64,000 nucleotides of DNA. Source: Oikopleura dioica. Taxonomy: Eukaryota; Animalia; Chordata. This document shows, piece after piece, positions 22,824-34,295 of this stretch (the first letter of the stretch is position 1; each line of letters opens with the position of its first letter). The notes below the pieces were generated by a model. The model saw only the letters and a program-made list of their open reading frames with translations, was not told where the DNA came from and searched no databases. The translations under genes and the position numbers were made by a program. Location of the stretch: positions 4,340,001 to 4,404,000 of the forward strand of contig OU015568.1 in NCBI GenBank assembly GCA_907165135.1, given 5' to 3'.

Positions 22824-25800
22824 TTAGTAGAGTCTGTTGGCTGGATTTTGCTGAAGGAAATTGGTTAGGCTTTCAGAGTTCCATTTGTCTTCTGAAACTT
22901 CTTGAACTGGAATTGTTATGACAGGAGCATTTTGAGCTGGCCGGACGAATCGGGGTTGCTGAATTTGAGGAACATATTGCCTATTATGGGCGCAGTTAGC
23001 TCGATTTCGCTGCCGAGAGATTTCTAAGAACAAGATGAGCTCTTCGTTGTTTGAATTATCGTCCATCAAGAGGAAGGGGATGAGAGACATCGAGTCAAGC
23101 GAGGAACTTGGGTTCTGCGACTGCATTGCGAAGAGAATCAAAGCAATGTCCGATTTGTCCGAGGATTTGGCCGAAGAATCTTCCATTAGTTTGTAGAGGA
23201 TGAGGAAATTGGCGTCGAATCCTTAAAATATTTTAGTGACGAAAGTAAAATGATTTGCTTACCATGTTGTGTACTGAGACCACCGCTCATGGCATTAAAG
23301 AGCACGAATTTATGAACATTGCCAGTTCTATCATCGGAAAGAAGAACAAATGGAAGAATGTTATCGACTCCGACGCTTTGCTGATTGGTCATGATCTGCA
23401 TGAGAAGAAGAGCTTTGACTTCTTCGTTTCCAAGAAGGTTGTCGGAATTATCAGTTGATCGGCGTCTTCTTGATGCGCCAGGGGCAGCTGGGTAGATAAG
23501 CTCCCCGTTCTGGAAAATCGAGAATACTGCGCTATCATTAACGAGCTCAGAATGATTGTCTCCAGGAGTTGTTAGGTCGACGAGGAACTCACCGAGAAGC
23601 ATCGAGAAAATCTCGCTTTCTAAGAAAATTTTAGAAGTTTGAAAATAATCTGAAATCTTACCGGCTTCAAGATCGACGGAAAATGCAACACCGTCACCCA
23701 TTCTAGTGGAGACAAAAGTTGAGCTACCGCTGACAAGTGAAATTCCTGGCAAGCCGTTAGCTGTTGACCAATTGGCGAGTTGACTAACAAGCCAGGATTC
23801 GAAATCACTCATAAGCTGTGAGTAATCGCTATTTGCGGTATAACTAGTACCAGAAGCTGCCTCGATTTCAACAGTAAAAATGATTCCCGGAGTCGTAGTG
23901 GTTGTTGTTGTTGTGGTAGTTGTAGTAGTCGTAGTTGTTGTTGTCGTTGTCGTAGTGGTCGTTGTCGTAGTAGTCGTTGTCGAAGTCGTCGTTGTTGTTG
24001 TTGAGGTGGTCGAAGTCGTGGTGGTCGTAGTCGTGGTGGTCGTAGTCGTAGTGGTCGTAGTCGTTGTGGTTGTGGTAGTCGTGGTTGTAGAAGTAGTAGT
24101 TGTTGTGGACGTTGTTGTAGTGGTCGTTGTCGTAGAGGTCGTAGTCGTTGTTGAAGTGGTCGTAGTTGTCGTAGTCGTCGTGGTCGTAGTGGTTGTAGTA
24201 GTACTGGTCGTAGTGGTTGTAGTAGTACTGGTCGTAGTGGTTGTAGTAGTACTGGTCGTACTTGTTGTAGTAGTCGTGGTCGTACTGGTTGTAGTAGAAG
24301 TGGTTGTAGTGGTTGTAGTAGTACTGGTCGTACTGGTTGTAGTAGTACTGGTCGTACTTGTTGTAGTAGTCGTGGTCGTACTGGTTGTAGTAGTAATGGT
24401 CGTTGTGGTTGTAGTAGTACTGGTCGTACTGGTTGTAGTAGTACTTGTCGTACTTGTTGTGGTAGTCGTGGTCGTACTGGTAGTAGTAGTACTGGTCGTA
24501 CTGGTTGTAGGAGTACTCGTTGTAGTAGTACTGGTCGTACTGGTTGTAGTAGTCGTGGTCGAACTGGTTGTAGTAGTACTGGTCGTAGTTGTCGTAGTTG
24601 TCATAGTCGTAGTGGTTGTAGAAGTCGTGGTCGTACTGGATGTAGTTGTACTGGTCGTAGTGGTTGTAGTACTTGTCGTACTGGTTGTAGTTGTACTGGT
24701 CGTATTAGTTGTAGTAGTCGTGGTCGTACTGGTTGTAGTAGTCGTGGTCGTAGTGGTTGTAGTAGTACTGGTCGTAGTGGTTGTAGTAGTACTGGTAGTA
24801 CTGGTTGATGTTGTCGTGGTCGTACTGGTTGTAGTAGTACTGGTCGTACTGGTTGTAGTAGTCATGGACGTACTGGTTGTAGTAGTACTGGTCGTAGTGG
24901 TTGTAGTTGTACTGGTCGTACTGGTTGTAGTAGTCATAGTCGTACTGGTTGTAGTAGTACTGGTCGTAGTGGTTGTAGTACTTGTCGTACTGGTCGTAGT
25001 AGTCGTGGTCGTAGTGGTTGTAGTAGTACTGGTCGTAGTGGTTGTAGTAGTACTGGTTGTAGTAGTCGTGGTCGTAGTGGTTGTAGTAGTACTGGTCGTA
25101 CTGGTTGTAGTAGTGGTGGTCGTAGTGGTCGTGGTAGTACTGGTCGTAGTGGTTGTAGTAGTACTGGTCGTAGTTGTCGTAGTCGTCGTGGTCGTAGTGG
25201 TTGAAGTAGTACTGGTAGTACTGGTTGTAGTAGTCGTGGTCGTAGTGGTTGTAGTAGTACTGGTCGTAGTGGTTGTAGTAGTACTGGTAGTACTGGTTGT
25301 AGTAGTCGTGGTCGTAGTGGTTGTAGTAGTACTGGTCGTAGTGGTTGTAGTAGTACTGGTCGTAGTTGTCGTAGTCGTCGTGGTCGTAGTGGTTGAAGTA
25401 GTACTGGTAGTACTGGTTGTAGTAGTCGTGGTCGTAGTGGTTGTAGTAGTACTGGTCGTAGTGGTTGTAGTAGTACTGGTCGTAGTGGTTGTAGTAGTAC
25501 TGGTCGTAGTGGTTGTAGTAGTACTGGTAGTACTGGTTGTAGTAGTCGTGGTCGTAGTGGTCGTGGTAGTACTGGTAGTAGTGGTTGTAGTAGTACTGGT
25601 AGTACTGGTAGTACTTGTCGTAGTTGTCGTAGTCGTCGTGGTCGTTGTTGATGTTGTCGCGGCTTGAACAGCGCTCATAAGTGCGTCAGTATCTGTATTT
25701 GGCTCTTCAAAGCCTACCGCCGGCGCCATAAACAAGACTGAAACAAATCCCTCATTATTGAGATTTGTTCTGATTGCATTTTTGAAATTGTCGGCAATAA

Positions 25801-27744
25801 CAAGTGTCACATCGTCAGTCTCATAAGTTACGGAGCACTGCTGTTGAGTCAATGGGAATCCATTACAAAGGTTTCTGTTACAAACTCTGGCGACCACTGA
25901 GGAGGAAGTTGGAGCAGCATTGTCCATCTTCGCTTCAATGCCGGTCGATGTGCAGTCTTGATCAAAATAAGCTGTCAGAGAAACCGATGGTGTCAAGTCT
26001 GCGGGAACATCGGCAACAGCGACAGTAACGGATGCGATAGCTTCGGGGGAATCGATTTCAATTGTCTTGAAAGCTTTCACAGATCCTCTGATACTGCTTT
26101 GAAGGGGACCAGTAGCAATGTTGTTCGCCATTTTGCTCTTTTGAGCAGCAATATCAAGGCCAGGAGCTTGAGTAACTTGAACAGCGAACGTGACTGTCAT
26201 CGTCTGAATCATACTTCCAGTAGATCTTCGTCTTCGGTTACCCGCGGCAGGGCAGTATTTCATATCAATATCGATATCACCAAGATTTTGTCCAGCTTCG
26301 AGACTGGCTTCAATATCAGCACGGATTTGAGCTTCAGTGACTCCGCAAGCAGTGTTCATTCCAAAAATGATTGCCACGATCTTTTCCTTTTGAGCTTTTT
26401 CCATGAGGACGTATGAGAGGAAAAGGTTGCTCATTTGCTGAGGTGGAAGACATTGGTTGTTCATGGTGGCTTTTAAGGGGGTCGATAATTGTACTTTGGT
26501 TAATTAAATTGAGCTCAAGTCTTCTTTCAAAGAATATTTCTCAGGAAATTCTAGAGACCGCCCATCAAAAATTGGTTTCAAATAACGAGTTCGATGACAG
26601 CAGAAACGATTAAAGACGTCTGAGTTGGACTAAATCCAAAAAGATACGTTATCGGACGAAAATAACGATTGATTAAGGGAGTACTCCATCTTATTATGCT
26701 GAAGGAGCGTCGCAAGCTGGCGATTAAATAACTAGTCAACCCCGTGCCTAGCAGAAAGTACAAATTCTTCATGTCTGTTTTTCCGTCATTCATCAAAACG
26801 AGCGGCAAAAGCGAGGAAGGGTTCTGTGCAGCTGATGGATTGGCCGAAAGAGCTGAGATGAGGGCAAGTGTGTGAAGATCGCTTTCGTCGGAGGAGGAAT
26901 CCTGAGATGCGATCAGGAATGGAAGAATGTTTGACATTTGGTTGGCTTGCTGAATGTTGCCCCCGAGGAAATCAGGCTGCAGAAGGAGGGTCATCTGTAG
27001 AGCTCTAGAATAAATATTTGAGATTTTATCTTTGAATTTTTTCCTTCGAATTTTTCGGAGCTAGAACAACAAACTTCCTTTGAAATCACATCTTCCGCCG
27101 AATTGACATTCTTTATAATCCTGCGTTCGAATAAAGAAAGCTTTTCAGAATTAAAAAAAATAACTTCAGAAAACATATTTGCGACCCAAAAACTTGCGTT
27201 ACGATTTGACATGAACATGGTATTTTACCAAAAACATGATAACGTTGTCTTCTCCGAACCTAAGACATCACTTGATTTTCCTAAGAGCCGCCATACTGAG
27301 AAAATAGATCACATTTCATAGAATTAGTTTTGCCTGATTTGCGTAAAATGAAGTTAACGCGTCCGAGGCTAGAATTTCAAACGGATTTGTTCCACCTGTC
27401 ATGTTGGGACCTTAAAAAGTCAGCATCTGGCTTGTTAAAAGAGATTTTATTAATAAGAATATGTTGGAAGAATAAAAAGACGACTTAAAACCTATTTTTT
27501 TTTTTAAATAAAATGTCGATTTTTATTTAAAAAATGAAAATTTGAATAAATTTTATGCAAACGTATATCTTATTTTGAAGCAATAAGATACTTGCACAGG
27601 GAATTTCTTTCAAGAATATTAGATATTTAAATTTCCCATTCACTACTTCAGTACTTACTTATTATCAGTATATTTTGAAGCAATAAGATAATTGGACATC
27701 GGCAAGGCCTGAACCAGGCTCGCCAGGAGCATCAAAAACTTCAT
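22824..27744 (-). CDS. Secreted Thr-rich mucin-like protein (~1400 aa) with furin-type RRRRS sites; candidate house (oikosin-like) protein
   Basis: Signal peptide MKFLMLLASLVQA at 27744; ORFs 26578-26994, 23186-26464 and 22824-23186; ~590-residue T/S tract; two RRRRS sites; repeated LLPLxLM-type motifs at both ends. Confidence 0.8.
23886..25655 (-). repeat. Coding low-complexity Thr/Ser tandem repeat (24-bp base unit with higher-order duplications)
   Basis: Recurrent GTAGTAGTACTGGTCGTAGTGGTT on + strand; a distinctive variant block recurs at ~25170 and ~25362. Confidence 0.95.
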
Positions 27745-28719
27745 CTTGGCTATTTGATTTCGAGTTCTGCCGATCGCTGATCTCTCTTTTTTACGTTCGC
27801 ACCTTCAAAAAATAATATTTATGCTTTGATGGCAAAAAGCGTCAGCCTTTTGTGAACTCTTTTAGCTTTTACGCAACTCAACATAACTCGCGCGGGGCTC
27901 GTTGGCGCCACCATAAGCGCGGCTTCTTTCAAAGGTACCGTCTTACCACGCACGTCATATCCGCGAAAAACCATTTCAAGATCTAGTTGACGCCGTAGAA
28001 GATGAATGGGCACACTAATGAGAGTTTTTTTTAGAAAACTTGCTACTCATAAATTAAATATTTCAAGGAAGTGGTTTTATTTGAAAAATATAGATGATTT
28101 TTACAATGAAAAATTCCATTTTTACAGAAGGAATAAATTACTTTTGAAAACTTAAATTTTCTGAGTCGAATTTATCGGTACAAGTTGTAATGGTTGACTT
28201 TTCTGACATAAGAGATAGCGTTTATCGTTTTAATTTTTGTTCAAGAATTGCAGGTGCGAATGTATAATGTATAATGCAAAAATATTATTGAATAAGATAT
28301 TATTTCGGCGAGCCTTATCCCTTTTCCTGCGATTGCTCGTGTGTCAAACTTGGGGATTCATCGAAAAATCTTCTATTACCCGATTCTTTTCTTCTTCTGA
28401 GTAATTTTCTAAAGTCGCTTCGAAATTGCTTCCCGGCGAAGGCGTACTAAATCCATGTGTTAATCTTCCGCAATGAAGAAGTTTCAATTAACCAGTAAAG
28501 GATTAAGAACAGGATTCGCCCAGGCAAAGACGTTTGCCATGTCCTGCATAAGGGCGCAATATGATAGTGGAATTCGCACACCGCTCATTAGCAGCACGTG
28601 GACAACGTGAAGAGGTGTCCAGCAGATGAAGAATGAAATTATGAGCATCTTTTTCACGGATTCTTATTTTAGATATCTTCGAAAATTCGAAAAGAAGAGT
28701 GATAAAAATCGAAAAGGTC

Positions 28720-28845
28720 TGCCTAAAATTTCGACAAATTTTGCGTAAAAATTTTCAACCAATCAGAAGCCTTGATTCGGGTCGCCGGCCAATCAGCAGC
28801 CGAATTGCCGCCCACGCAAAATTTGTCGAAATTTTTGTCGGTTCC
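28720..28845. mobile_element. CCAAT-pair foldback MITE copy in a GPCR intron
   Basis: TTTCGACAAATTTTGCGT...CCAATCAG...CCAATCAG...ACGCAAAATTTGTCGAAATTTTTGTCGGTTCC. Confidence 0.85.
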
Positions 28846-28988
28846 TAACGCAAACCCTAATCTAAGGCCTAAACCTAACAATCACCCAGATTTCTAGTAA
28901 GAATCCGATCCCATAGCGTTACAAGCATTCTATCGTCCTTTACTTCCACCGAAATCAGCGTGCTCGATGTCGAGTTAGACCTGTTTCC

Positions 28989-29283
28989 TGATACGGCTGT
29001 AAAAGAGCAAAAGGAGAAATTGAACCTTTCGATTGGTTTTATTGTGAAATTGAATAATTTTGTCTTGGCAGAGCTGCTTATAAGGGGTCAGAAATGTGTC
29101 AAGCGTAAAATCAGCTGGGTGAAGTGGGTCAGTTGGTCAATGATTCGAATCAGCGGGTCGTCACTCCCACGATTGGAATCCGGTTAGCGCGCAGATAAAT
29201 AAGAATAAGAAAGGCATGCTGTAAGGCGTAAAATTCATATATAAAATATTTACAAAATATAAAGTTTTTCTACAGTCGTGTCA
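28989..29283 (-). repeat. 3' LTR (295 bp)
   Basis: TGATACGG...CGTGTCA on + strand; matches 35317-35611. Confidence 0.97.
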
Positions 29284-30041
29284 GCCATCAGTCATCGGCG
29301 GGTTTTGAAATCGTGAAGTTGGCATTGAAGAGAAAAATTTTCTAGAATGTCGGTGCACTGAGTCATTGCCATGCTTGAGAAGGGCTGAATTTGTCAGGCG
29401 ATGCAAGTTCTATCGTTTGCGGTCTTGGCGAAGTCGATCGGTCGAGTTGTCGTCTTTTTATGGCTGAACAAGGGTGATTTTTCGAAAATTTTGTCCGGAC
29501 AATTTTTCTGGAGCTCAAAAATTTTCTAGAACCATGATGAATCATCGGATCGTGCTGGTTGACGGCTTAAAATGTTGCTTTTGTTTATGTCCTTCGGGTC
29601 CAACTTGCAGAAATTGAATCCGATCGTTGGTTTGTGTTTTATAGTCGATGGAAGTTTCAGATTTTCGCATAATTATTGAAGTGAAATTTTGTTGTTTTCG
29701 AAAGTTTCTAGAACATCGCTGAGTCATTGCGGTATTTCGGAAGTATGTTTGAAGAGAAGATCACTTTCCAAGGAATCTTTTGAGCACTTCCAATCGTCCA
29801 TACGTCATTACGAACCGATTTTATGCGATCTGCAAAAAAGTGTATATCAATATACACATTTATGATGAATTGTGATCACAAGCAAATTTTTTCTCCATTT
29901 TCGTTCTAGAATCGTTTGGTTAAACGTCATTATGTTCCCAGAGGGCTCAAAATGATGAGCGCTGCGAGATCCATCTTTTGGAGGTTTCAGAGCGTCGGTC
30001 AGCGAAATGGTTTTTGTTTTGTGGCGGGTAGAAGATTTGGC

Positions 30042-33000
30042 TTATGCAAAATGAGCTGGATCGATGACCAAGTTTCCGCCAGGGGTCGTTTTCATAAACG
30101 GAAATTTCTTTTTGGCCTTTTTCGTAATCTCCTCGGTGATTGCTGTCTTCGTTTTCCCTGTTATGTCGACTTCAATACCCATGTGTTTCGCGAGGACTTT
30201 CATTTCAAGGATTGTAAAATTGCTTAGGTAGCACTTTTTTTCAAGCATAAGTGCATTATGCTTGATCAAGTAGAATCCCTCGGCGTCTTTGTCCCAGTTG
30301 GGATGGTGAAGTCGTATCCATTCGTTTATCTTTTCCACCTTCTTTGCTTTCGAATTTTTCAATGTTGCCCATGTTCCAAGTTTAACTCCGCAATTATATT
30401 CTTTAATAAATTTGTCTAGGGCTTTTTCGTGGAGGTCGGCCATTCTTTGGACGACGGGGGAAACAAGCTTGCGTGGTTCAGCTTGGGGATCCTGATTGTT
30501 TGTGAGTTCGGCAACTTCTGTTGATTGGCTGTCGATTGAATTGTTGTCGTCCTGTTGGGTACCTGATGAGTCGAGATCATAAAAAACAGTCTCGTCTGCT
30601 TGCTTGGTTTCATCTGAAGACGTGGCTTCTTCACGTTGTTCTGCGAATGTTTCGGCCTGTTCTTCTTCCTGGGGGGAAGTGGAAGATTGGTTTTTGCTGT
30701 CATCTCGGTCAAGGGCTGTTTGGCTTCTTGTCTGGATGAAGTATGAAACTCTTTTCTTCAATTTTCTTGGCTTGGGTTCTTGTATGTCCGTATCTTGTTG
30801 TTGTTTCTCCGGTTGATCGTCTCCTGGTCTGCTTATAAAGGGCTTCAAATGGCTTATGTGTCTTGTCATATCGCGTCCTGTCTTCAGATTGAGTAAGTCG
30901 AAGCTCAGGCCTTGGTTTTTAATAGCGGTTATCTTCAAAGGTCCTGTCCATTTGTAGATTTTCTCCAGTGGATCCATGTTTTTGCACAGAACGAGGTCGT
31001 TTTCCCGAAATTTGTGAATATCCTCGTTCTCAGATCGTCGTTGTTCGTGATTTGATTGGATTCTCTCTCGAATTGGCTCAAAGTCGACATTTTCCCTTGT
31101 TTGCTTCTGGCGATATTTGTCATTTAGGTTTTCTCCCTTGAAGCCTGTTTCAATTTCAAATGGCGACGCCATTGTCACTGAATGTTTTGCAGAGTTCATT
31201 TGGTGAATGATCGTTGGTAGCCAATGATCCCAATTTTCCATTCCACAGGCAAGTTTGAGTCGTGATTTAATGGTCCGATTTCGATTCTCGACTTCCCCAT
31301 TCGTTTGAGGGTGATATGCTGGAGAGAGCCGAACTCGAAGTCCTTTTTCTTCCGCAAAATCTCTTACTGCTTTGAATTCTCCTCCATTGTCCATCAAAAT
31401 CTCTCTTGGCAAGTGAGGGTTGCGGAGCCATTCTGATCGAAGAGCGTCAAGGACTTCCTCTGGTTTCTTTGAGCGAAGTGCGGAAGCGTTCGTTCTTTTA
31501 CTAAACAAGTCGGTTGATACGCAGATAAATCGTCGGTAGTTGTCCGTGAGAGGTAGCGGTCCAATGAGATCGATCGAATATCTCTCGAACGGTTGAGAAG
31601 GCGCAGTTACATGTCCAAGTGGAGCATTGAGTGGATTCGTTGTTGGCTTCATAAGTTGGCATTTTCGGCAGGATCGAATAAAGTTTGTCACGGTTGCCTT
31701 GAGGTTAGGGTAAAAGTACTTATTCTCAATACTTTTTAGTGTCTGAGTGATACCAGGATGCCCGGATCTATCGTGATACTCCTCCAAAATTTCTCGGTGT
31801 ATTGAGACCGGTGGGATTGCCTTGAATCCATTCTTGTCTATGCCAAGCTCGCCATTATCTCCGAAACAAAGTTGATCTCTGTGTCGCTTAAACTCTTCGG
31901 CAGTTGTGTCTTTGTTCTCCGGCCACCGATCGATCTTGTGAAATTTAATGACATCTCGCAGAATGTCGTCCGATTCTTGTAGAAAGAGAAAATCACGAGG
32001 CTTTACCATGTTAATTGTAGGTTTTTTGAGCTCGTTGATTTGTCGAGAAAGGCAGTCCGAGATTTTCATTTCCTTTGACGGCTTCATGATGGTTTGGAAG
32101 TCAAATTCACTTATCTCGGCCAGCCATTTGGCGATTTTCAGCTTCCGACTCATTATTTTGTGCGCCCAGTTTACAACCGAGTTGTCGGTGAACCAAGTGA
32201 ACCTCCGACCGAGAAGATAGTGACTCCATTTTTCCATTGCTCGCTTGCCGGCCAAAAGCTCCTTTTCACTTATATTATAATTTCGCTGCGCGTCGTCGAA
32301 TTTTTGTGATAGATAAGCGACGGGGCAAAATTTTTCATTCGTTGTCTTCCTGTAGAAGAGTGCTGCTCCGATGCCAGTCTCACTTGCATCTGTTTCGATA
32401 GCAAACTCACCAACATTGGGGTTAGGGATTTTGAGAGCGTCAACCATGTTACTTATTTCGTTTTTGAGTTCATCCAATGCTTTTGCTGCATCGTCGGTCC
32501 ATCTAAATCCTTTGCTCATTGCTTTATTGATTGGGGCGGCTTTTGAAGCGAAGTGAGGAATGAAGTTTCGATGGTAGTTGAGTAGTCCAAACACGCTTGC
32601 TGCTTCCGTCTTTGAGGTCGGCTGTCGTAATTCTCGAACTGCTTTTGTTTTTCCAGGATTTGGGAAGCGGAACCCATTTTCGATAACCGCTCCACAAAAT
32701 TTGATTCGTTTTTTCAGAAATTCTGTCTTCGCGGCTCTTATTTTCAAGTTGTTCCGGCGGAGGACCGATAGTACTTTCTCGATGATTTCTAGGTTCTTTT
32801 CGTATGACTGTGAGTGAAGACACAGATCGTCCAGGTAAATCGCAAGTTCGCTACTCGGGATTTCATTAAAAATTTTGTCCATCATTCTTTGAAAAACGGC
32901 TGGGGCATTCTTTCCCCCCATAGGCATCGCAGTCCAAGTGAACTGACCAAAGTCGGTCGTGATGGCGACTTTCTGCTTTGTTTCGTCATCGCAGGGAATT

Positions 33001-34295
33001 TGATGAAAGCCCGTGAAAAGATCGGCTGTTGAGAAGACTGATGATTCTGACATTTGGTCGATGAGGCCATCGATGTCTGGCAATGGATACTGATTCGCTA
33101 TAGTCACCTGGTTTAATTTCCTATAGTCGCAAACAAGCCTCCATTTACCATTTGCTTTCTTAACAAGAAGAACAGGAGCAGCCCAAGGACTTGAGCATGG
33201 TTCTAGAAGTCCAGACGAGACATTTGAGTCGATAATTCGTTTCATCTCCTTTCGAAGAAAGTATGGTGTTCGATAACGTTGTGAAGCAACAGGTGCGGCG
33301 CTTCCTGTGTCGATGCTATAGGACATTGCATCTGTTGTGCCGAGTTTTTCATCTTCGACGGCAAATCTATCTGTGTAATTGTAGACGATTTCGTCTAACT
33401 TTCTTCTTATTTTTGGTGGGGCATCGCCGATTGAGAGCTCATTCATGATTGCTTCGAATTTTCCTTCCGTTGCTTCATCTGGTAGTCTTACTTCGACCTC
33501 GTTGATTCGACAAACGACCGAATTTTTACAGATGTTGATCGGTACCGCAGAATTGTTCGCGATGTGAATTCGTGCGTGATTTTGAAGGCTGCTCAATTGA
33601 ATACACTGGTCGTATACTTCGAGAGTTTTATTTTTGTTGATGGATTCCGGTAGAGCACAGATAAAGCTTGTGGGTGATTCGGAGAGGTTGACATTGATGA
33701 AAGTCGATGATTTTGGCTGGATTGTGACTTGTGAGACGGATGTCACGGTTGTTGAAAAGAACTGGGATTTCGATATAGCTTTGATTCCAGCAGCCGGACT
33801 TTTGCATATGATGATCGGCTCAGACGTGTTGTTTTGTCGAAGGCAGCTGGCTCGTAGGTCGATAAGAAGATTGTTTTCGGATAGCTCGGGAGTACCGAGG
33901 ATGGGCGAACAATGGTCTCCTACAACTTGAAATATACAATTTTTAAGTGTTAGCTGTCCTATTTCCAAATTGGCGGAGAGGCAGCCATAAACTTGAATTT
34001 CATGTCCATTGTACGATTGTAGCTGTATGGATGATGGGATGATAGATTTCTGCAGCGAGGGAGGGATAAGGGAGCGGGGGATACAGGACACCTGGGCGCC
34101 GGTATCTAGTTGAAACGTTGTTTGCTGACCATAAATTTTTGCGCGAGTAAGAAGTTTTGGGCCGACTCGATCCATAATAGACGAGACAGAAGCGTGGACT
34201 CTATCTGACGAATGATAAAGTCCGGAGATTAGTTTTTTGGCTGTCGGGACGGGCAGATGTCCTTGATGTGACCTCGTTGATTGCAGATGTGGCAA
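30042..34295 (-). CDS. pol: Pol polyprotein (protease, RT, RNase H, integrase, C-terminal extension), expressed by -1 frameshift
   Basis: LDTGA (PR), WAAPV/DYRKLN/MPMG/YLDD (RT), ETDAS/EKELLA (RH), HDRSGH...CRKC, SIDLIGP, MDNG, ENRN (IN), WTGP (GPY/F-like). Confidence 0.97.
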   Translation of the reverse strand: MPHLQSTRSHQGHLPVPTAKKLISGLYHSSDRVHASVSSIMDRVGPKLLTRAKIYGQQTTFQLDTGAQVSCIPRSLIPPSLQKSIIPSSIQLQSYNGHEIQVYGCLSANLEIGQLTLKNCIFQVVGDHCSPILGTPELSENNLLIDLRASCLRQNNTSEPIIICKSPAAGIKAISKSQFFSTTVTSVSQVTIQPKSSTFINVNLSESPTSFICALPESINKNKTLEVYDQCIQLSSLQNHARIHIANNSAVPINICKNSVVCRINEVEVRLPDEATEGKFEAIMNELSIGDAPPKIRRKLDEIVYNYTDRFAVEDEKLGTTDAMSYSIDTGSAAPVASQRYRTPYFLRKEMKRIIDSNVSSGLLEPCSSPWAAPVLLVKKANGKWRLVCDYRKLNQVTIANQYPLPDIDGLIDQMSESSVFSTADLFTGFHQIPCDDETKQKVAITTDFGQFTWTAMPMGGKNAPAVFQRMMDKIFNEIPSSELAIYLDDLCLHSQSYEKNLEIIEKVLSVLRRNNLKIRAAKTEFLKKRIKFCGAVIENGFRFPNPGKTKAVRELRQPTSKTEAASVFGLLNYHRNFIPHFASKAAPINKAMSKGFRWTDDAAKALDELKNEISNMVDALKIPNPNVGEFAIETDASETGIGAALFYRKTTNEKFCPVAYLSQKFDDAQRNYNISEKELLAGKRAMEKWSHYLLGRRFTWFTDNSVVNWAHKIMSRKLKIAKWLAEISEFDFQTIMKPSKEMKISDCLSRQINELKKPTINMVKPRDFLFLQESDDILRDVIKFHKIDRWPENKDTTAEEFKRHRDQLCFGDNGELGIDKNGFKAIPPVSIHREILEEYHDRSGHPGITQTLKSIENKYFYPNLKATVTNFIRSCRKCQLMKPTTNPLNAPLGHVTAPSQPFERYSIDLIGPLPLTDNYRRFICVSTDLFSKRTNASALRSKKPEEVLDALRSEWLRNPHLPREILMDNGGEFKAVRDFAEEKGLRVRLSPAYHPQTNGEVENRNRTIKSRLKLACGMENWDHWLPTIIHQMNSAKHSVTMASPFEIETGFKGENLNDKYRQKQTRENVDFEPIRERIQSNHEQRRSENEDIHKFRENDLVLCKNMDPLEKIYKWTGPLKITAIKNQGLSFDLLNLKTGRDMTRHISHLKPFISRPGDDQPEKQQQDTDIQEPKPRKLKKRVSYFIQTRSQTALDRDDSKNQSSTSPQEEEQAETFAEQREEATSSDETKQADETVFYDLDSSGTQQDDNNSIDSQSTEVAELTNNQDPQAEPRKLVSPVVQRMADLHEKALDKFIKEYNCGVKLGTWATLKNSKAKKVEKINEWIRLHHPNWDKDAEGFYLIKHNALMLEKKCYLSNFTILEMKVLAKHMGIEVDITGKTKTAITEEITKKAKKKFPFMKTTPGGNLVIDPAHFA
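34196..34238 (-). promoter_or_regulatory. Programmed -1 ribosomal frameshift signal (A AAA AAC + 8-nt spacer + 10-bp hairpin)
   Basis: Gag frame CCA AAA AAC TAA; pol is in the -1 frame; stem GGACTTTATC/GATAGAGTCC with 8-nt loop. Confidence 0.85.

Noticed and set aside
23880-25667. 595-aa poly-Val ORF on + strand
   Set aside because: Antisense shadow of the Thr-codon repeat of the mucin gene
29284-30041. env gene of a Tor-like element
   Set aside because: Only ~60-aa ORFs with no signal peptide or transmembrane segment
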